This document shows, piece by piece, positions 37,105 through 46,160 of a DNA stretch of 64,000 bases. Location of the stretch: positions 352,001 through 416,000 of the forward strand of contig CAVOKF010000007.1 of NCBI GenBank assembly GCA_963696385.1, read 5' to 3'. A program made the position numbers and the translations under genes. The notes beneath the pieces were generated by a model, which did not search any database, was not told the origin of the DNA, and saw only the letters and a program-made list of their open reading frames with translations. The DNA is from an uncultured delta proteobacterium (GTDB taxonomy: Bacteria > Myxococcota_A > Polyangia > Polyangiales > Polyangiaceae). Each line of letters begins with the position of its first letter. Within the stretch, counting starts at the first letter, position 1.

Positions 37105-37108
37105 GCGA

Positions 37109-37501
37109 TCAACACGCGACGAGGGTCAGCTTCGCGTCGATGCGGGCCAGGTCCTCTGGGTCGCTTGTCACGACCGTCGCGTGTTGACGCCGCGCCAGAA
37201 GGACGACGCTTGCGTCCACCACGTCGCTCACGCCTGCCTTGCCGCAGAGCGCGCCAGTCGCCTGAGCTTCTGCTCGATCGAGAGACTGCACCTGCAAGAT
37301 GCCCGAGCCGAGCAGGCGGGCGAGGCGAGCTTGCCGGCTGCCGTCCCGCCAGACCTGCGCGACGACGCCCCCCGGAACATGGAGAGCGGCGCCGTGGGCC
37401 ATGGCGAGCTCGACAAGCGTGCGGACCTTCCAATCGTTTCGCTCGAACGCGATGAGCGCCCCCGCGTCGAATACTAAAGACCGAGCACGGCGCGCGCCCA
37501 C
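37109..37501 (-). CDS. PIN-domain (VapC-like) toxin
   Basis: LVFDAGALIAFER...VVDASVV..A......VVTSDPEDL PIN motifs; GAGGAG RBS before GTG; overlaps the antitoxin. Confidence 0.88.
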   Translation of the reverse strand: MGARRARSLVFDAGALIAFERNDWKVRTLVELAMAHGAALHVPGGVVAQVWRDGSRQARLARLLGSGILQVQSLDRAEAQATGALCGKAGVSDVVDASVVLLARRQHATVVTSDPEDLARIDAKLTLVAC

Positions 37502-37701
37502 GCTTGCTCCTCGGAGGTCGCTGGCCCGTTTTCGGCCTTCATCTCCGTCAGCAGCGCTGCGAGATCCTCGCGCCGCGCCTTCTCCTCCATCGCCGCATCG
37601 ACCCAGGCGCTGACCGATGTGGCCCGACCACGCCGGACCTGCCGCTCGGCTTTCGCTAGCACTTCCCGTCTCACGGTGACGGTCACGCGCGCCTTGTGCA
37701 T
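37474..37701 (-). CDS. Ribbon-helix-helix antitoxin (VapB-like)
   Basis: 75 aa; RVTVTV beta strand plus SVSAWVDAAMEE helix; upstream of and overlapping the PIN gene. Confidence 0.82.
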   Translation of the reverse strand: MHKARVTVTVRREVLAKAERQVRRGRATSVSAWVDAAMEEKARREDLAALLTEMKAENGPATSEEQAWARAVLGL

Positions 37702-37872
37702 ACGAATATCTTACTCGCGTCCCGAGTTCCCGCAACAGGCAACACGCGAAACTGGCGACGCGAACCTCGGGGCCCGTCGCCGGTGAACGAGCCCCCGCCG
37801 CGAAGGCGCCACAACGACCGCCACCTGGCAAGGCGAAGCTCGACGCTCATGCGACCGGAGATAGACCGGAAA

Positions 37873-38589
37873 CTATCGGGTCTCGGCGATGCGCGCTTTG
37901 ATCAATTCGCGGACGAGGCCAAGAGGCAGCGGCTTGTCAGGACTGAAATGAAGGGCGCTCTTGGTCTTGCCATAGCCTCGGAGATGCGCGCCGAGAGTCT
38001 GCAGCGTCGTTCCACCGAAGGGGTAGTAGGAACAGCCCTTCGCCGTCGCCTGGAATCCCGCGATGACGTTTCCGTCCAGGCGAAACGCCGGCATCCCGTA
38101 GCTGATGCACTCCTCAGCTCGAGGAACGATGGACCGGATCGTCCGCCGAAGCTTGTCGAGCGCCGCGCGTTTGTCGACGGTGACGGTGGCCAGGTACTCG
38201 TCGACCTTAGTGGACCGCACCTGCGTTTTCTTCAACTTGAGCGGTTCCTTATCTGGGAACGCCAGACCGCGTCGTACCCAGCGTGCGAGCGAAGCGCGAT
38301 CTCTGATCCCGTCCGGCGACACGTAGACTAGGCCTTTCGATGGCTTGCCGGTGAAGTCGAAGGATCGCGCGTGTGGCCGCGCGAGAGCCTCGGCGTACTG
38401 CTTTGTTCCTACGCGGACGATGAGGTCGACCCCGAGGACACCGCAGCACATGGCTTCGCCCACCATGAAGCAGAGGCCACCGAACATCTTCTTCTCGACC
38501 ACGTTCTCGTGGGCCGCAAGAAGGGTTCGTAGCCGGGCGGCAAGCGTCTCGTCGTAGCTCAGGCAACCTCCCTTGCGAATCTGCGCCAT
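37873..38589 (-). CDS. TfoX/Sxy N-terminal domain fused to DUF1801 (YdhG-like) domain
   Basis: YDETLAARLR..EKKMFGGLCFMV (TfoX) followed by VDEYLA..R..L..LR..I....P.AEECISYGMPAF (DUF1801); start uncertain. Confidence 0.8.
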   Translation of the reverse strand: MAQIRKGGCLSYDETLAARLRTLLAAHENVVEKKMFGGLCFMVGEAMCCGVLGVDLIVRVGTKQYAEALARPHARSFDFTGKPSKGLVYVSPDGIRDRASLARWVRRGLAFPDKEPLKLKKTQVRSTKVDEYLATVTVDKRAALDKLRRTIRSIVPRAEECISYGMPAFRLDGNVIAGFQATAKGCSYYPFGGTTLQTLGAHLRGYGKTKSALHFSPDKPLPLGLVRELIKARIAETR

Positions 38590-38810
38590 CGCTTCGTGAT
38601 CGCACCTTTCCATTCTCCGCCCACCCTTATGCGTAGACGGTTATCCAAATGCATCGCTCCCTACAATTCCCTTTCCAACGGTGGACCATGGGACTCGTGC
38701 TGGGCCCGCCTGTACACTGCCGTTGCGGACATCATTCAAAAGCATTGCGACGCAGTTCGCGAATGAGGGGCTAGAGCGCCGCCGATGGCTCAACTTTAGC
38801 ACGCGAGCTT

Positions 38811-38828
38811 CCCGACCCCGACCCCGAC
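38811..38828. repeat. Short (GACCCC)x3 tract
   Basis: 4 bp beyond the MBL gene stop codon. Confidence 0.7.
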
Positions 38829-38832
38829 ATAC

Positions 38833-39705
38833 CTACCGCTTCATCCTCGCGACAAGCCTCTCTATCTCCGAGCGCATCCCTCGGGCCGGCGCGCGAAAAC
38901 GCGGGCCGTGGCCTGGCAGGACCCATTCGAAGTCGAACGCGAGGAGCTTCTCCATCGAGCGCGTTTGCTCGGCCCACGAGTACCAGCACACCCCCGCCCC
39001 CGCCTCCAGCCGCTTCCCATCCTCGCTGCCCCACAGGTGGTCCCCCGTGAAGAGAAAGGTGCCGCGGAACAGGAGCACCGCGCTGCCGCGCGTGTGACCC
39101 GGAGTAGGGATGGCGAGCAGATCGCTGGCGAGCGGTACCGGCTGGTCGCCTTCGATGCGGCGCTCGACCTCGCGCGTGTCAGGACCGACGTCCCGCGCGT
39201 GCAGGACGCGCTCGCACTTGAAGCGGCTCGCATACCTTGCATGATCCGCGACGTCGTCGCGGTGCGTGAGGAACATCGTGCGGATGCCCCCGAGGGCCTC
39301 GACGCGATCCATGAGCGGGCGCGCCGCGCGCGGTGAGTCCACGAGGACATTGCCCGCCTCGCGCCGCACGAGGTAGCTCGCCGCGCCGAACGAGCTCTCG
39401 GAGGTGTATCCGCAGTAGAAGACGTCTGGCGCGATGGCGTCGGGAAGCGCGTCGATCGCCTCTCGCAGATCCAACTTGCAGGCCGTCCCGATCGCGCTCG
39501 TCGGACACGACACGATTGCCATCTTCGCGCGCAGCTCGTCCTCGGCGGACGCCGGCTGCCGCCGCACGACCGACAGCCCCAGCCTGTCGGACCGCTCGAA
39601 GACGCGGGGAGCCAGGATGCGGCAGGTTTCGCAGTCGATGCAGGCATCGTCGACAAAGAATTCGCCGGGGGCGTTCTCGCTCAGGCGTGCCGAAGGCCGG
39701 GCCAC
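38833..39705 (-). CDS. Ferredoxin-fused MBL-fold metallo-hydrolase
   Basis: CIDCETC..CPTSAIG Fe-S motif; THRDDVADH, TPGHTRG, FTGDH, LPGHG. Confidence 0.92.
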   Translation of the reverse strand: MARPSARLSENAPGEFFVDDACIDCETCRILAPRVFERSDRLGLSVVRRQPASAEDELRAKMAIVSCPTSAIGTACKLDLREAIDALPDAIAPDVFYCGYTSESSFGAASYLVRREAGNVLVDSPRAARPLMDRVEALGGIRTMFLTHRDDVADHARYASRFKCERVLHARDVGPDTREVERRIEGDQPVPLASDLLAIPTPGHTRGSAVLLFRGTFLFTGDHLWGSEDGKRLEAGAGVCWYSWAEQTRSMEKLLAFDFEWVLPGHGPRFRAPARGMRSEIERLVARMKR

Positions 39706-39725
39706 GACGAAGGCCTAATCGCTCA

Positions 39726-40157
39726 TTATGGGGCGAGGTTCACAACGTCCGGACTGATCTGAGTCAAGTCAGGCGCGTTGGGATAAATGCCGAAATCCGT
39801 GACCTGGTAGGTCTGCGCGTCTAGGGTCAGAGTGAAAGCATCGCCCTGCGGGGGAGATGCGCCGGGCGGGAAGCTACAACTGTTGCATGTAAAAGGACCG
39901 CCCGTCACTTCGATGACATATACCGGCACGTGATCGTTGACGATATCACCGCTAATGATCTCTTCAGCCAGCTGATGGTCAGGGGAATACACCGCAAGCA
40001 TTGTCTTCGGCGACGGTACCCCGTTTGCTGACGAGGTCTGCAAAGCCAAAGCTCGGAGCTTGGCCCTCACGCTCGGGTCTGCCAGGCCCCCCTGATCGTT
40101 CGGTCCGCACGCGCCTATGGCAGCGAGTGTCAGCCATACGGCCAATTTGACGCGCAT
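39726..40157 (-). CDS. Hypothetical lipoprotein
   Basis: MRVKLAVWLTLAAIGAC lipobox; lower-GC codon usage than neighbours. Confidence 0.7.
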   Translation of the reverse strand: MRVKLAVWLTLAAIGACGPNDQGGLADPSVRAKLRALALQTSSANGVPSPKTMLAVYSPDHQLAEEIISGDIVNDHVPVYVIEVTGGPFTCNSCSFPPGASPPQGDAFTLTLDAQTYQVTDFGIYPNAPDLTQISPDVVNLAP

Positions 40158-40385
40158 AGCCCAAGCATACGCTGGGGGGTGAGACCCGCCAGTCATAAAG
40201 AACGAACGCAGCCCAGGGCAACCTTGACCCAATGGTTAATACCAGCCGGGGTCTTCGGTGTTCCTGTGGCCCGCAGGCCGCTCGTGGCCGCCGGCGACCC
40301 TTCATCCTCGTCCCGCGACCCTCCATCGGAAATGACGGGAGCTCGCGCCGAGGCGGTGAAACAAAGGACCAAAGGAGGTCTCGAC

Positions 40386-40946
40386 ATGTCCCGTCCCCTT
40401 TTCCTTGCTTCGTTCGCCCTCGTTCTCGCACTCGTCACGTCTGCGGCCGGCTCGGCTCGCGCGCAGGAGGAGACCGTCCCCTGGCGCGCTCCGAACGGGG
40501 GGGCCGTGAGCATCAGCTACGCGAACGGTCTGTGGGGGAGCGACTTTGCGCAGGCGCTCGTCATCAAGCTTCCCTTGCACCCGCACTTCGGCTTCGTGCT
40601 CCGGCCGATGGCCGTCTATGAGGCGTCGTCGCGCGTCGACATTGGGGGCCGCGTCGAGCTCTACGGAGCGTCCCCCGTGTTTCTGAACTTCGCCCGCATC
40701 TACGGCGGCGGCGGAGCGCAGGTCTTCGACGCGGTCGCCGGACTGCCGAACGCGAAACCAACCTGGGGAGGCGGAGGCCACTTCGGCTTCGAGTTCTTCT
40801 GCACGCCGCGCAGCTCCTTTTTCATCGAGATCGGGGGCACGTCCCCGCTCCAGGGGAGCGTCGGCGGCGGAGGCACGGCGGTCGCCGGCGTGACCTTCTA
40901 CCCGTTCGCGTCGTTCGAGCCTCCCGTGCGCACGGCTGCGCGCTGA
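40386..40946 (+). CDS. Small exported beta-barrel-like protein
   Basis: GGAGG RBS, signal peptide, alternating beta strands ending AGVTFYP. Confidence 0.75.
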   Translation: MSRPLFLASFALVLALVTSAAGSARAQEETVPWRAPNGGAVSISYANGLWGSDFAQALVIKLPLHPHFGFVLRPMAVYEASSRVDIGGRVELYGASPVFLNFARIYGGGGAQVFDAVAGLPNAKPTWGGGGHFGFEFFCTPRSSFFIEIGGTSPLQGSVGGGGTAVAGVTFYPFASFEPPVRTAAR

Positions 40947-41210
40947 CCCACGCTCGCCCGTCCGAGCCCGTGACGGCGCTCGAGTCTGCATCAGAGTGCG
41001 CCGATGCCCTCCGAACCCGATCCCGGCGCCTGGCCTCGGGCCGTCCGCGCGGCGGCCCTGCGCGCGCTGGGCATGGGGACCGTCCTCGCCGTGCTGTCGG
41101 GGGGAATCGTCACGCTGGCGCGCGGGGTGGTCGTCGGAGTTACGTCGGCCGCGCTGTTCACGGCGATCGATGCGCGAGCCGACATGCCCGGCAAGTTTTC
41201 TCGCAGAGCC

Positions 41211-42464
41211 CTACCCCGCCTCCGTCTTTCGGGTCAGCCGGTCGATCTGCAGCCGGATGTGCGCCGCTTCCGCCGGGGACTTGGCGAGGGCGAGCGCGCG
41301 ATCGAACGCCTCGCGCGCCTCGTCGCGTCGGCCGAGGTCCACAAGCAGAGCGCCGCGGACGCCGAAGAAGTAGAAGTACCCGGGCAGGTCCTTCGCCAGC
41401 GCGTCGAGCATCGTCAGCGCCGCGGCCGGACCGCGCAGCTTGGCCACGGCGACGGCGCGATTGAGCGAGACCACCGGCGACGGCTGGAGGCGCTCGAGCA
41501 CGGCGTAGAGCTGTTCGATCTCGCCCCAGTCCGTCTCTTCGAAGCGGGGCGCGCGCGCATGGATCGCGGCGATGGCGGCCTGCACCTGGTACGGCCCTGG
41601 GCGGGCGTGGCGGAGTGCCTTGTCGAGGAGCGCCAGGGCTTCCGCGATGCGGTCGCGGTCCCACTGGCCACGGTCCTGATCCTCGAGCAGAACGATCGCA
41701 CCCTGCGCGTCGAGCCGCGCCTTCGATTGCGAGTGCTGAAGAAGCATGAGCGCGGAGAGCCCGAGCATCTCGGGCTCTCCCGGAAACAGTCGGAGGAGGA
41801 GCCGGGCTAGACGGATGGCTTCGTCGCACAGCGGGACGCGCACGTGGGCGCCGCCGCCCGTCGCCGAGTACCCCTCGTTGAAGAGGAGGTAGAGGACGGC
41901 CGCCACAGCCGCCAACCGCTCCGCGCGCTCCGGCGCACCCGGCGTCTCGAAGGCGATGCACTCCGCGGCGACGCGGTTCTTGGCCCGTGTGATCCGCTGC
42001 TCCATCGCGACATCGGTCACCAAGAACGCGCGTGCGATCTCCGCGACCGTGAGGCCGCAGACGATCCGCAGCGCGAGAGCGATCTGCTGCGTCGCGGGAA
42101 GCTCCGGATGGCAGCACATGAAGAGCAGGCGGAGAAGGTCGTCGCGGTAATCCGCCTCGTCGAGCTCTTCAGCGAGGGGCCCCTCGGCGTCGCTCAGATC
42201 GGACAGCGCCTCTTCCCCGGGCAGCTCGCGCTCCCGCCTGCGCCTGCGCACGCCGTCGAGCGCGACATTGCGCCCGACGAGGACGAGCCACGCCACGGTG
42301 TCGCGCGGTGGCCCGTTTCTCGGCCAGCTCTTGAGCGCGCGCAGGCACGCCTCCTGAAACGCCTCCTCGGCGAGGTCGAGGTCCCGGAAATGGCGAAGAA
42401 GCGCGCCCATCGCCTGGGGACGCGCGCCGCGCAGGGCCACATCGATCCAGGCGACTGCACTCAC
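41211..42464 (-). CDS. ECF sigma factor with C-terminal TPR/DUF6596 extension (ECF42-type)
   Basis: DLAEEAFQEA, DDLLRLLFMCCHP, LYLLFNEGY, GPYQVQAAIAAIH. Confidence 0.92.
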   Translation of the reverse strand: MSAVAWIDVALRGARPQAMGALLRHFRDLDLAEEAFQEACLRALKSWPRNGPPRDTVAWLVLVGRNVALDGVRRRRRERELPGEEALSDLSDAEGPLAEELDEADYRDDLLRLLFMCCHPELPATQQIALALRIVCGLTVAEIARAFLVTDVAMEQRITRAKNRVAAECIAFETPGAPERAERLAAVAAVLYLLFNEGYSATGGGAHVRVPLCDEAIRLARLLLRLFPGEPEMLGLSALMLLQHSQSKARLDAQGAIVLLEDQDRGQWDRDRIAEALALLDKALRHARPGPYQVQAAIAAIHARAPRFEETDWGEIEQLYAVLERLQPSPVVSLNRAVAVAKLRGPAAALTMLDALAKDLPGYFYFFGVRGALLVDLGRRDEAREAFDRALALAKSPAEAAHIRLQIDRLTRKTEAG

Positions 42465-42833
42465 GGCCGGGGCGCCTCCGGACGGAGCAGGCGCAGGGGA
42501 CGGATTCTCGTAGGACCCGTTCGTGCTGCTGGCCTGGGCAAGGTCCTTCGCCGTGGCGATCGCTTGCTCGAGCGACGCGCACTCGACGATGAAGAAGCCG
42601 AGAAGCTGCTCCTTCGTTTCCGCAAACGGACCGTCGAGGACGATGGTCTCCTTGCCCTTGCGAAGCGTCGTCGCGGTCGTCGTCGGCATCAGACGAGCCA
42701 CGGGCCCAAGGCGTCGCTCGCGCGCGAGCTGGTCGGTCACGACATCGAGCTTGGCGATGACCGCGGCGTCCTGCTCCGGCGTCCAGGACTCGACGACGTC
42801 TTCGCGGTCGTAACAGAGAATGGCGTACAGCAT
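42461..42833 (-). CDS. YciI/DGPF-domain protein; a +1 insertion at ~42505 fuses it in frame to the sigma factor as assembled
   Basis: DGPFAETKEQLLGFFIVEC; removing one base gives YEIRPL...* with a GTGA overlap onto the sigma start. Confidence 0.85.
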
Positions 42834-42854
42834 TTTCACGGCTCTCTTTCTCAG

Positions 42855-42881
42855 GACGAAGGAGTAGGCCGGCGGCCGACA
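42855..42881 (-). promoter_or_regulatory. ECF42-type promoter TGTCGG-N17-CGTC
   Basis: Upstream of the first DGPF gene; same motif and spacing at 42911 and 44308. Confidence 0.7.
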
Positions 42882-42910
42882 GGGGGTCGAAGAAAAAAGG
42901 TGAGCGCGCG

Positions 42911-42937
42911 TGTCGGTTCCACCTTTCCCCGTTCGTC
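42911..42937 (+). promoter_or_regulatory. ECF42-type promoter TGTCGG-N17-CGTC
   Basis: 8 bp upstream of the DoxX ATG, implying a near-leaderless transcript. Confidence 0.7.
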
Positions 42938-42945
42938 CTCGGGGC

Positions 42946-43399
42946 ATGGAAGCCATCCTCGATCCGAGTTCAAGCTCAACCACCCCCCGATCCGCGCCCG
43001 CCAAGACATGGACGGCGCGCATTCTCGGCTCACTGCTCGTCCTCTTTCTCCTCGTCGACGGAACCGGCAAGGTGCTCCGCTTCGCGCCGTACGTCGAGGG
43101 GACGGCCCGTGTCGGCTACCCGGCCGCGTGCCTGGTTCCGCTCGGCCTCGTCCTAATCGCCTGCACGATTCTTGTACGTCGTCCCTCGCACCGCTCTCCT
43201 GGGCGCGGTCCTGCTCACCGGGTACCTCGGCGGGGCCACCGCGACCCATGTCCGCATGGGCGAGCCGTTTTTCTTCCCCGTCGTCTTCGGCGTCCTCTTG
43301 TGGGCGTGCCTAACCGTGCGCGACGCGCGCCTTCGCACGCTCCTCCTTCCGCGCGAGCCGCGCGAGCGTGACGCCGGTGAAAAAGGCTTAATCGATTGA
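42946..43399 (+). CDS. DoxX-family membrane protein; +1 frameshift at ~43169
   Basis: LFLLVDGTGKV..GYP..LGLVLIACTI|LYVVPRTALLGAVLLTGYLGGATATHVR. Confidence 0.85.
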
Positions 43400-43453
43400 A
43401 CCGTTGTCCGCTCGCTTCTCGTTCGAAGTACAACCCGCTATCGGAGGTTCACC

Positions 43454-43882
43454 ATGCAACTGGTCCACATCTATCTGAATTTTGCCGGCAACACCGAAGA
43501 GGCCTTCAAGTTTTACGAGAAGGTCTTCGGCACACGCATCGCCATGAAGCAGACCTTCGGAGAGACGTCGTTCATGAAGGGCGTGCCCGACGCCTCAAAG
43601 AACAAAATTATGCACATTCAGCTTCCGATTACCGAGGCCGTGCATCTGATGGGCAGCGACTCCGTGGAAGGGTTCGGCCCGCAGCTCAAGCCGGGCAACA
43701 ACTTTCATGTTTGCGTGGTCGCGAACGACAAGGCCGAGGCCGATCGCGTGTTTCACGCGCTCAGCGGCGACGGCGGAAAGGTCACGATGCCGATCGCAAA
43801 CGCGCCATGGGGTCCCTACTTCGGCATGTGTGTCGACCGCTTCGGCACGCAATGGATGGTGAGCTTGCCGACGCCGGCGTGA
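43454..43882 (+). CDS. VOC/PhnB-family protein
   Basis: YLNFAGNTEEAFKFYEKVFG, IMH..L, WGPYFGMCVDRFGTQWMV. Confidence 0.92.
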   Translation: MQLVHIYLNFAGNTEEAFKFYEKVFGTRIAMKQTFGETSFMKGVPDASKNKIMHIQLPITEAVHLMGSDSVEGFGPQLKPGNNFHVCVVANDKAEADRVFHALSGDGGKVTMPIANAPWGPYFGMCVDRFGTQWMVSLPTPA

Positions 43883-43947
43883 GCCCTGCGTAGACGTCCG
43901 CGCCTTCGTCGAGCCAAGGGCGAAGGCGCGGTCCTCAGGCCCCGCGC

Positions 43948-44058
<111 letters not shown>

Positions 44059-44307
44059 ACCACGCAGGGGCGAGCGACCATGACCCAAAACGCGAGGTCG
44101 ATTGGCCGGAGCCGCGACCGACGAATTGCCCGACGAAGAATCGCCCGCTGCTCGCACACGAACGCCCCCGCCCGCGTCTCGCAGAGCCTGATTGGCTTGC
44201 CGCAGACGCCAGCCATTGACAAGTGCGGAGGGCGGCCTTGCTGCGATCGGCCTCCACCAAGAAGGTCGCCCTCAGATACGCTCCCGAGAAGTCGCGCCGA
44301 AAAAAGA

Positions 44308-44334
44308 TGTCCGCCCGGTGCCCACCCGGTCGTC
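44308..44334 (+). promoter_or_regulatory. ECF42-type promoter TGTCCG-N17-CGTC
   Basis: Upstream of the second DGPF gene, preceded by an A-tract. Confidence 0.65.
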
Positions 44335-44359
44335 TTTCAGAGGAAGGGAGCAACCGACC

Positions 44360-44719
44360 ATGAGTGAATTCGTTTTTCTGTATCGCGGTGGAGTCATGTA
44401 CAAGACGCCGGGCGAGCCCGAGCGTTCGCCCGAGGAGATGCAAGCGCAGCTCGGCAAATGGCGCGCCTGGATGCAGGAGCTCGGCGCCAAGGGCCACATC
44501 AAGACGCTCGGAGCCCCGCTCGAGCAGGCCTCGAAGGTGGTGAGCGGCCCCAAGAAGGCGGTCACGGACGGACCCTTCGCCGAGAAGGATCTCGTCAGCG
44601 GCTTCACCATCGTCGAGGCGAAGGACCACGCGCACGCCGTCGAGCTCGCGATGGGGTGCCCGGTGTTCGTGATTGGGGGGTCCGTCGAGGTCCGCCCGGT
44701 CATGAAGATGCAGATGTAG
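44360..44719 (+). CDS. YciI/DGPF-domain protein
   Basis: VTDGPFAEKDLVSGFTIVEA..A..LA.GCP...GGSVEVRPV. Confidence 0.92.
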   Translation: MSEFVFLYRGGVMYKTPGEPERSPEEMQAQLGKWRAWMQELGAKGHIKTLGAPLEQASKVVSGPKKAVTDGPFAEKDLVSGFTIVEAKDHAHAVELAMGCPVFVIGGSVEVRPVMKMQM

Positions 44720-44721
44720 GT

Positions 44722-45975
44722 GTGGAGCCCGAGCCGGGTTTCTTCCGGCGGCAGTCGGGGCGGCTCGTCTCCGCCCTGACCCGCATCTTCGGCGTCGGCA
44801 ACGTGGCGCTGGCAGAGGACGTCACGCAGGACGCCCTCTGCCGGGCGCTGTCCGTATGGCAGTTCTCGGGCGTCCCCGACGATCCGGCCGCCTGGCTCAT
44901 GGCCGTGGCACGCAACCGCGCGATCGACATCCTGCGGCGCGACCGCAACGCCCGTCGCTTCGCCCCCGACCTCGGCTTTCTTCTGGACAGCGAGTGGACG
45001 CTCGCGCCCACCGTGATCGACCTGTTCGAACCACGCGCCGTGACCGACGGCGAGCTGCGCATGATGTTCTCGTGCTCGGCTCCAGGCCTTCCCGAAGAAG
45101 CGCAGGTTGCGCTCATCCTCCACATCCTATGCGGCTTCTCGAACGGCGAGGTCGCCGGGGCACTGCTCAGCAGCGTCGCCGCGACCGAGAAGCGCATCAC
45201 GCGTGCGAAGAAGACGCTCGCGTCGAGCGGGCGGCTCTTCGAGCTCCACGACGACGCCGAGCTCCAGAAGCGCCTGCCTGCGGTGCAGCGGGCGCTCTAT
45301 CTCCTGTTCAACGAGGGATACCACGGCGCTTCACCCGAGGTCTCGGTGCGCGTCAGCCTGTGCCGCGAGGCGCTGCACCTCGCCCGGCTGCTCCTCGAGC
45401 ATCCGGCCTGCGCCATCCCGAGCACGCGTGCTCTCGTTGCGCTGATGTGCCTGCACGCGGCGCGGATGCCTTCGCGGCTCGACTCCGCCGGCGACCTCGT
45501 CCCCCTCCGGCAGCAGGACCGCACCCTCTGGGATACCGCTCTCACAGCCGAGGGGATCACCTTCCTCGACGCATCGGCGACCGGCGCCACCCTCAGCGAG
45601 TATCACATCGAGGCTGCCCTCGCGGCCGTGCATGCCAACGCGAAGACCGCGGACGAGACCCCATGGGCCGAGGTCGTCGGGCTCTACGACATGCTCATGG
45701 CGCTGCGTCCATCGCCCGTCGTCGCACTCAGCCGGGCGATCGCCATCGGGGAGAGAGACGGGCCCGAGGCAGGCCTGCTCACCATGCGTGCCATCGAGCA
45801 CGACGGCCGGCTCGCGCGAACCCCCTTTTACGAAGCCGCCCTGGGCGATCTGGAGCTGCGGGCCGGGCGGATTGAAGCAGCGAGGAGGCACCTGGGGGCT
45901 GCGCTCGAGAGGGCGCGAAATCCGATGGAGCGGCGGTTCTTCGAGGGACGGTTGCGCGCGCTCGTCCCCCGTTGA
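44722..45975 (+). CDS. ECF sigma factor with C-terminal TPR/DUF6596 extension (ECF42-type)
   Basis: FRRQSGRLVSALTRIFG, LAEDVTQDAL, LYLLFNEGY, SEYHIEAALAAVH. Confidence 0.92.
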   Translation: MEPEPGFFRRQSGRLVSALTRIFGVGNVALAEDVTQDALCRALSVWQFSGVPDDPAAWLMAVARNRAIDILRRDRNARRFAPDLGFLLDSEWTLAPTVIDLFEPRAVTDGELRMMFSCSAPGLPEEAQVALILHILCGFSNGEVAGALLSSVAATEKRITRAKKTLASSGRLFELHDDAELQKRLPAVQRALYLLFNEGYHGASPEVSVRVSLCREALHLARLLLEHPACAIPSTRALVALMCLHAARMPSRLDSAGDLVPLRQQDRTLWDTALTAEGITFLDASATGATLSEYHIEAALAAVHANAKTADETPWAEVVGLYDMLMALRPSPVVALSRAIAIGERDGPEAGLLTMRAIEHDGRLARTPFYEAALGDLELRAGRIEAARRHLGAALERARNPMERRFFEGRLRALVPR

Positions 45976-46160
45976 TTGACCCTCCTACTTGCGCATCACG
46001 ACTGCCACCCACTCGACCGAGAACCAAAGGAGCAAGCCATGAGCACGCACCGGACCATTCGTCATCACCTTCTCGTCCCTTGACGGTGTCAGGCAAGACC
46101 CGGACCGCGGCGACGATGCGCCGACCGGCGCCTGGGCTAGAGCGCGAGCGTTGGAGCCTC

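Noticed and set aside
36213..37105. Diversity-generating retroelement suggested by the Avd-like fold
   Set aside because: No reverse transcriptase and no TR/VR pair with adenine-specific mismatches in the window
41004..41810. + strand 268-aa ORF with a hydrophobic N-terminus
   Set aside because: Mostly antisense to the ECF sigma gene; the first ~60 codons may be a membrane-protein scrap but I cannot assign it
43405..43431. Fourth ECF42 promoter upstream of the VOC gene (TGTCCG)
   Set aside because: No CGTC at the 17-bp spacing (GTAC instead)
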